Source of the DNA: the human T2T-CHM13v2.0 reference genome, Homo sapiens
Strand: one strand, 5' to 3'
Length of the DNA stretch: 64,000 nucleotides
NCBI RefSeq assembly: GCF_009914755.1
Contig: NC_060928.1
Position numbers and translations under genes: made by a program. The notes under the pieces were generated by a model, which saw nothing but the letters and a program-made list of their open reading frames with translations, searched no databases and was not told the DNA's origin. Shown piece by piece: positions 53,926-64,000 of the stretch; position 1 is the stretch's first letter; each line of letters opens with the position of its first letter.

Positions 53926-54765
53926 GTTAGTATGCTGTGTTCTGACATCAATTTGCTGACACTAACTGGGTGTCCCGTAATCCAGTTTAATTCTGACAGT
54001 TATTGCCTGGAGTTAGCACAGACCCACATATTAAGAGCAAAGTCGTTCACAGGACTGTTTCCACTTCAGACACCAGCCACAGCTTTGGGTATCCCTAAGC
54101 TACCACACTTCTGCCCAGCCAGCTACAAATTCAGGGCTTCCCACAATCTCTTTAGATTGAATAATTTGCTAGAATGGCTCACAGTATTCAGGAAAGTGCT
54201 ACTTAGAATTATCATTTCATTATAAAATTTGCTCAAATGGCTCACAGTACTCAGGAAAGTGCTGCTTAGAATTATCATTTCATTATAAAGAATATACATA
54301 AACTGCCACATGAAGAAGTAATAGGGCAAGCTCTAGGAGAGTCCTGAGCCCAGGAGCTTTCGTCCCTGGGAAGTCGTGGCATGCCAGCATCCTGGTTCAC
54401 TTACAGGTTCACCAGTCAGGAAGGTCCTTTGAGCCTCAATGGCCCGAGCTTTTATTGAGGTTTCATCACCTAGGATGATTGAGTAAATCACTGGTCAGGT
54501 GATTAAATTCAACCTTCAGCACCCATGCTTTCCCCAGAGGTCAGGCTGGTCCAGAGTTCCAATTCTCGAAACACAAGTTTGGCCTTTCTGGGTATCAATC
54601 CCAATCCTGAAGCCACCTAGGCACCCTCCATCCCCACCAGGAGCTGCCTCATTAACATAACAGAAATTTTCCCATCACGCTGGAAATTCCAAGGGTTTTT
54701 GCAGCTCTGTACCAGAAACATGGGACCATGGGATGAAGACCAGATCTATTTTATATTGTATTATA
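53926..54765 (-). mobile_element. MER21-family LTR
   Basis: ctgacactaactgggtgtcc...aattctgaca...cctggagttagcacagaccc...aatttgctagaatggctcacag motifs. Confidence 0.8.
54163..54288. repeat. 63-bp tandem duplication inside MER21
   Basis: Copies start at 54163 and 54226; 4 mismatches. Confidence 0.95.
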
Positions 54766-55339
54766 GATGTCCTCTGTGTGTTTATCTAGGCTCATAATTG
54801 ATATGGAGCTTTAAATAGTTTTTTCTGTCATATACATTTCGATGTTCTTCCACTTTGTTGTTTTAAAATTACTTTCCAAGATAGTGAATTCCTTGCATAA
54901 GGTTCATATTTTCTAAATGCACACAAATTCTTTTGCACTGGTAGCTTAAAATTGTTTAGTAATGGTAAAGATGGTTTGAGACTGAGATAATCACCCAGAG
55001 AAAGATATATTTTTTCCTTAAAAATTAGGCAAAGCTACATAGCATTAAGATCTTTTACTAGCAGAGTACATTTTCAGATGCCCCTACATTACATAAATTA
55101 GTGCAAGACCAATCCAGAAAAAAAGAAGTAGCCGATAGAATTATAGTGTGGAAGTCAGGCAGTCTTTACTTTATACTGACTTATCTTTTAACAATTAAGA
55201 CTAAGAGAAAGAATGTTTTTCAATTTGTGTATCACCTCTTAGAAAGCTGAACAAGTCTGATACGACATAGGCTAGCTAGGCCAATTAGGGATAAATTAGA
55301 GAAGAACACAGACCCAATACAGGTGGTTCAGACTAATCC

Positions 55340-56170
<831 letters not shown>

Positions 56171-56789
56171 TAGACCAAAATAAACCTGAAAAAAGGAAAA
56201 GAAAATTAGAAAAGAACAAAGGCCTTGATTATAATTACCTAAAATTGATTCATTTTAACATCAATTTCACACAATTTTAATAAGTAGTATGTTCCAAAGA
56301 AAGAAATACGTATGGTCAAACAGATTTAGAAAATGCTGGGTTAAAACCATTAAGCCTTTTTTTTTTTTATTGTAAAGATTTTTTAGAACATTTCATCATT
56401 TGATTTGTGTTCAATCTAATACAGAGATTGTAATCAGAATTTTTCAAATTTATTGTCCTGAATAACTTTTTCTTCTAGTAGATTATCTCCCAGGATTAGG
56501 GTTCCACTGAATTCCTTTAGGAATCATTATTAGTTGTCAAACACTGTAAAAAGATCTGAGTGGCAAGAGGTGTGTATTTAACACCAAAACTAGAAATGTA
56601 GTTTAGATTTTATGTTATTTATCACTTGCCAAGAGAACATACAGAGAGAAAAGCATTGAAAAAAAAATAGATTACATGGAGTGAAGTTTTATAAGGAGAT
56701 ACAGCCTTTAGAGGAACTAACTTTCCAAGTTAAAAAAAAAAAGGTATTTAGTTCTTAAAATATTCCTTCTGCCTTGTTTTCCTTTCTCC

Positions 56790-57087
56790 TTTTTTTTTTT
56801 TTTTTTTTTTTTTGAGATGGAGTCTTACTCTGTTGCCCACGCTGGAGTGCACTGGCATGCTCTCGCTCACTGCTCCACAGGTTCAAGCAATTCTTCTGCC
56901 TCAGTCTCCCGAACAGCTGGGATTACAGGCCCGCACCACCATGCTTGGCTAATTTTGTTGTATTTTTAGTAGAGACAAGGTTTCACCATATTGGCCAGGC
57001 TGGCCTTGAATTCCTGACCTCAGGTGATCCACCTGCCTCAGCCTCCCAAAGTGCTAGGATTACAGGCGTGAGCCACTGTGCCTGGCT
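56790..57087 (-). mobile_element. AluSx-like
   Basis: Dimeric Alu with T-tail and a small internal deletion. Confidence 0.93.
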
Positions 57088-57089
57088 CC

Positions 57090-58870
57090 CTTCTCCTTCT
57101 GAGCTTTTGATTATACGTATGTTAGACTGTGTTGTCTCACAGATCATGGGTACTCTGTTTTTGTTTGCTTGTTTGTTTGTTTCCATGTTTTCTATTTGCA
57201 TTTCATTTTGGGTAATTTTTACAGACTTTTCAACTTTACTAATTCTTTCTTCAGCTGTTTGGAGTCTACTAATAATCACTTCAGGGCAATCTTCATCTCT
57301 ATTAGGTTTTTCTTTTCTAGTATTTCCATCCAATTGTTTTTTAAATCTTCATCCCTCTGCTGAAATGACCTTTCTGGTCTTGCATGCTGTCTGCTTTTTC
57401 CATTACAGCCTTTAACATGTTAATCAAGGTTAATAAATTTCCAAGGTTTGTGCATAGCTAAGCCTGCTTGGCTCCCTGGGAGAGTGTTGTTTTCTTCTTG
57501 TTATTTTGTGTGTGTCTTAAGTTTTGTGGGGAAAGTTGGGCATCTTCTTTAAAACTGTAAACATGAAGTTTTTTTTCCTGCTTAGAAATGAGCATGCCTT
57601 TCCTTCTTGTAGGTCTTTAGTGTGGAGAGTTGAATTATTAATCTAATTAGGAGTTGAACTGGGCTTAGGTTTGCTGTGCTACGGTCACCTCTAGGTACCA
57701 CAGGTTTAAACTTCCTCTGGAGATATATTGGGTTTAGGGTTGTGGCTGCTTTGCCAGGGGCCAGGGGATTTTTTTTATGTCTCTTCCTTTTGCTTTTGGT
57801 CTTCCCTGTGACCTATGCACCTATGCCTCAGAGAGGGTCTTTTTCTTTTCTTTTCTTTTTCTTTCTTTCTTTTTTTTTTTTTTTTTTTTTGAGACAGGGT
57901 TTCACTTTGTGCTCTGTGGCCCAGGCTTCAGTGTGCAGTGGCATGATCTCAACTTCTGCCTCCCAGGTTCAAATGATCTTCCCACCTCAGCATCCTGAGT
58001 AGCTGGGACCATAGGCACATGCCACCATGCTCAGCTAATTTTTAATTTTTTTTTTTTAGAGATGAGGTCTCACTATGCTGCCAAGGCTGGTCTCAAACTC
58101 CTGGGCTCAAGTGGGCTTCCTCCCTTGGCTTCCCAAAGCACTGGCATTACAGGCATGAGCCACTGGGCCTGGCTTGTCTCCTTCTTGTAAGTTACATATT
58201 GCTAGAGACTTGCTCATTGGCAGTGTGCATGTGTGGATGGGTGTAACTTCTGTTGTTCTGGATAGGCCTCAGTCCTAGGCAGGCAGTGAACCCCTGGGTG
58301 TCGGTGGGGGGTAGCCTTCTCAGTGCCCTACTTTTCCTCTAGCTGCTGTAGGCCTGGGTTCCATGTGAATCCTGCACCACCACTCCCCATTTCACCACAT
58401 ATACACAGATAAAAACTTTGGTTTCACAAGAGACATGGGGGAAGGATCCTGGTGAAATTCCTTGCTTCTCCTACAGTGGTTAAAGTTTTCTTTCCCCAGT
58501 CTATACTACAAAACAAACTTTCTCAAGATTCTTTAATTTTCATCTGATTCAGGTAGAAAAATTCTGCAAGAGGATATGGACTTCCCCTATATACGTGGCC
58601 CTTAGTGCTTTACTCTGCCTCAGCAAGGCACACTCAGTCCCCATCAATCAACCAGTCACCTGTGCTGAGCTCTTCGCACTGGTCTCAATCTGCCCAGGTA
58701 AAACAGTGCTGGCATTTCATCTCCCCCTGGAGGCTCCTCTCTCCTCAGATTTCAGGACCGTTGGTTGTCCTGCTCAGCTTTCTGGTGGGTTCCAGAAAAG
58801 TTGTTAACTCACCGTTTATTTGGGGTTTTGCTGTTGTTGTAAGGCTAGAAGTGACACTCATTTCTTCTGT
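57090..58870 (-). mobile_element. Ancient L1M 5'/ORF1 remnant
   Basis: Minus-strand [18 protein letters not shown]...QSNIRII is L1 ORF1 coiled-coil-like. Confidence 0.7.
57840..58173 (-). mobile_element. AluJ
   Basis: gagacagggtttcac, ctcctgggctcaagtg AluJ features. Confidence 0.92.
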
Positions 58871-60159
58871 CTTCGTGGAAAACACTCAACAGGTAAGAAA
58901 AAAAGAAGCAACATCAACAAGCTTACTGAGGCTATCACTAGTTTAGTCATGGTAGCAAAACAATAGATTTCTTATATAATTATCACATCTGAAAGTGATA
59001 ATATAATCACTATTGCAAAGATCAGGAATAAAGTCATTTTCTTATGGAGTCAGCAGATTATAGGAATGGTGGCTCAAGCCTCCATTGAGCTTGTGGACTA
59101 GAACGACAGTGACCACTCTTTGGTTGTTTGCTTATCGTAGGGAGCACAACAGGCTTCCCTGTGCTGGCTGCGGACATGACGACGCGCTGGGAACGACAGC
59201 AGTGGGAGGTGTCATGTTTGCTTTTACACACTTCTTGCCTCTATAAAAGCCTGAACTTAAAATTTAATTTTTTTAGTAAATAGCTCTCAGTGTATTACAA
59301 AGTGTACATTCAGTTATCCACAACTAATTATTTCTTTCTGTTTCTAATGTGCCAAGAACTAGTGCATGCTAAATATAAGGGAAGATACCTGATTCCTCAC
59401 CAAAAATCTTGGTACATAAAATTGGGAAGAAAGTAAGCAGCATCAATCTGTTTATAAAATCTCTTTGTCTCAGCTTTTTCACCTGTGAGATAGACCATCC
59501 CATATTATTCATTAATGATATTTTTTTGTGACCAGCAGACTTCTCAGTGGTCAGATACATGTACCTCGATCCTTAAAGGTAGCAACCATCACTCATAGTG
59601 ACCAGATTTGCAGAGGCAGCCTCTCCCTTCTGTCCCACAGAAGTCTACAGGGTATCCTGGGGTCCTCATTGCCCGCCTCTATGAAAATCCCACGTCCTAA
59701 ATGGATTGTGTGTAATTTCTTTCTCATCCAGACCCATTCTTCCTTCCTGGTGCCTTCCCTGCCCCATCTTCTCTTTCGTCCCTGGCCCAGATCTCTACCT
59801 TGTCTGACGGGCCGTGGCCCTTGCTTCCTCTACTACATTGTGACACTTGATTATATCTTGTCTTATATCTTTCTCCAAAGATTTCATGGATCATGTCTTT
59901 CCAAAATTACTAGACTCCCTAAGGGGTGAAGCATGTCAGTCTTATTTTGCATCCTCACGCTCCCTTGCACACTGTCAGACACAGAGCAGGCATGTGACAA
60001 ATGCTAGGTTGCAACAAGTCTGAGTTTCTTAATGGAAGAAATTTAGAGAGAGAAAGCGGGGGTGCTTTGGTGAGAGATATCAACTCATTGAGTATAATGA
60101 GGAAGGAACCGGCCAACCGCCGTCAATTAAGAAGTGGAGCAAATGGGCTAAAATCGCTG

Positions 60160-60750
60160 TAACGTGCTCCACCTGAGCTTTCTGCCGTCCAGGGCCGCTC
60201 TGTTTCACTGGGGTGGAGGCTGCCACTGCTGGCAGCTGAAGCTGAGCGCCAGGGTCTCTTCCTCTCCTACTCGTCCTTTCGGATCCCGGGCCCTGCGGCC
60301 GCGCTTCCGCTTCAGACCCCGCATCAGGACCCGGGACACGGGGACTTCTTCCGGGCTGCAGGCGCTGGGCAGGCGCGGCGCCCCCGCGTGGTTCCTTCGC
60401 AGGGGACAGCAGGTTTCCCGCCCCGCCGCGTGGGGGCGCGCGATCTACCGTCTGAGTTCAATGCGACTCCGGAAGGACGCAAGGGAGCCGCGCAGGTGGC
60501 CAGCTCCTTAGGCGTGTCCGTCCCAGAGCACCCTGGCTTTATCTGGTTTATTGCTCATGGTTCAATCGGGAAATTAGGCAGCGTGTCCCCATGACAGCAG
60601 ACGCGGGTGACGGCTCTTGCCTCCCTCCCCAGTGCGCACCCCCGCTGGAGCGCAGGAGCTTCCTGCAGGTTCGCGCCAGCTCGGGCCTGACACTCAGGGC
60701 AAAGCGGCTCCAAACTGCCCACTGAGCGGTCCGCACACACAGTCCTTGCC
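60160..60750. promoter_or_regulatory. CpG island / candidate promoter
   Basis: Sharp GC- and CpG-rich block in AT-rich DNA, not a repeat I recognise. NotI site at 60295, GC boxes at 60417-60427, E2F-like TTTCCCGC at 60414, ETS-like CTTCCGG and CCGGAAG. Confidence 0.75.
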
Positions 60751-61221
60751 CTGCAGGCTTTTCCTGGACGACTGCTGAAGTTCTAGTCGATTCCACAGCC
60801 AAAAACATGGAACACCTTGAGCAAAAACCATTATCCAACATTAGCCGTTTTGTTTTTTTTTTTTTTTTTGGTCAATGAACTTTTGTTACATGAAGAACAG
60901 AACAAAGCTGGATCTACCATATACCTGGTTTGAATTTACTGGCCAGAACATTAGCAATTAGGTTTTGACCAATAATATCAAGTCTTTTCAGAATATCTCT
61001 GGGGAAGAAAAAACTAAAACAAAATGACAGCAAACAAACTTCCCATAGCGGCCAGATTCTAAGTCTAGTGCTTTTAATTGAAAGAGGAGAAATTTGGCCA
61101 ACTAAAACTACATCATATTCGTATGCGATGAAAAGAAGAAAATAAACATTTCTGGTCAGAAATGTAGATATGATTAATTTTAAATGGAATCTTAATTAAA
61201 ATATGACAACTTGAATTTTCA

Positions 61222-61540
<319 letters not shown>

Positions 61541-61849
61541 CTATTTTAAATAAAACTTTAAACACTTATTAAAAGTATGGTATACATTTAAAGATAGCTT
61601 TTCCTCGAAGAAAATGTCAGCAAGGAAAATCCTTGAATTCTGTAACATATGGTGTTTTTGAGTAGCTATATTCATCATATAAAAGCAATTTATATTTTCA
61701 TTAAAGAAATTCAAATTTTACTTATTTGACACTAATACCTACACACAGGAAATTTCAAACCCAAGGAATAATAAATTATCGTTATTCTAGAAACCCTGGT
61801 ACCACCTTGCTCTACCACAGCCATTGCTGTGGTTTTCATCTTTAGATGT

Positions 61850-62250
61850 CTTGGGTGCTGAGAGCTGGCCCTGCATCCCAGGCACATTCAGATTCTCTGG
61901 CAATCAACTTTTGTGGGAGAAGGGAAGAAAATACGATGGGGTAGAGAGAGAAGTTGGACACTGACGCAATCAACATCAAGCCTCAGCCAACCCCCAAGGC
62001 AGTCTGAAACTGGACAGGCTCTTCACAGTTGCCCAGGGAGGCCAAACAGAGAGAGTCTTTATACCCTGGCAAATGCTAGTCATGGGGAGACAGATGCCAG
62101 AGGGAGGGGGCCTGGACTTCAGCAAGTGGCTTTCTTCAGCCTGAGGTAATTCGCCAAACGTCTGGGGAACTGCAGCTGACAGCTGCGTGTCTCTCCCAGC
62201 AGTCAGGGAGTCAGTCTTTCAACCTGCAATCGGAGCATGCAGCCATTTGG
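61850..62250 (-). mobile_element. LTR33-like ERVL LTR
   Basis: gagagaagttggacactgacgcaatc...gcctcagccaaccccc...cttcacagttgccc motifs. Confidence 0.55.
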
Positions 62251-62933
62251 GGACTTTCAGTTTGCAGAGTAAGGAGAGCTTTGGTCTGGGGCGGAAACTT
62301 TGCTTTTCTTTTTGTTGTTTTTCTGCTTTTTTTTTCTACTGGGGAGAACCGTATTCTTAGGCTCTGCTTCTTCCATGGGTCCCACTGTCTTCAGGAGAGG
62401 CCTTCTTGGACAAGCAGCCTCCTTTCCTTAGAGAGCAGGTCATGGGGTTTCCAAGGTCACAAGTAATGTCTACCAGACATTCCGTTTACATACAGAGAAG
62501 GGAGACAACTGTCTCAAAAAGTCTCTTTATTAAATCATCCCCTGGTCATCCTGTGTCATAGCCCTATATTTTTCCTTTTATGGATTTACTCCAGAGTGGG
62601 AGGAAACCCACATTTTTCTCTGCTGTCTTGGGCTATGGCTTCACCTTTTGTTTAAAAATCAATCTCATCTCATCTGCTATTTTCCAAGAACTTTTCAAGA
62701 ATCTAGTCTATTCATAACACCCTTTCTGGTTTTTCTGTGCTGTGATGACTTTCCTTCTTAAACCTACATTTATTTTATTCCATTTTGCTCGTGAGCAGGA
62801 AGTCTGTGTATTAAGTTCTGGCCTTGATTGCAAATGCCAAGTCAGCTCAGTAGAATGGAATGGGTATGGGTTGTGGCTTCAGGCAGACACTTCACTCGGG
62901 TCTACCACTTACTATGCAACTTAGGGTCAATCA

Positions 62934-63729
<796 letters not shown>

Positions 63730-64000
63730 TGTATCCCTCATAACATTAATGTGCCTTGTGTTCTCATGAAAAAGAAAAACTTTAATACAATCCAAAATCC
63801 ATCAGAAAACGAGACAAACAACCTTAAAGATTCAGCGAGGCTTGGTTTGTTTCTAAAGTGATCGCTTAGGCAATAGTGCCTATAATATTGTCACCACCAA
63901 GTACTGCCTTGAGGTGTCACAGAATGTCATACGTGACAGTGATAGCATTCTACATTACACCCTCTTGCTTAATATATTTGTTTTTAACAATTTTTTTATT

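Noticed and set aside
60164-60841. ORFs over the CpG island
   Set aside because: Expected stop-codon scarcity in GC-rich DNA; no recognisable domain or convincing exon structure.

Overview
Primate (human-like) intergenic DNA, AT-rich and dominated by interspersed repeats: 14 dimeric Alus and 2 monomers, old L1 and L2 fragments, Tigger and MER DNA transposons, and about 13 solo LTRs. I find no intact protein-coding gene. Repeat family names come from recalled consensus sequences, not a database search. The main unusual structure is at ~31.36-33.14 kb. An LTR9-like solo LTR directly abuts a same-strand processed pseudogene of CPSF4L (a CCCH zinc-finger paralog of CPSF30). The pseudogene lacks one internal exon, contains an 11-copy CpG-rich 53-bp minisatellite built from its own zinc-finger coding sequence, and is bracketed by a perfect 18-bp inverted repeat rather than a direct target-site duplication. 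Also notable are a 52-nt hairpin-forming RNA retroposed with an A-tail and 15-bp TSD (39.3 kb), a promoter-like CpG island with no recognisable gene (60.2-60.75 kb), and several young 44-93 bp tandem duplications. No function can be shown from sequence alone.
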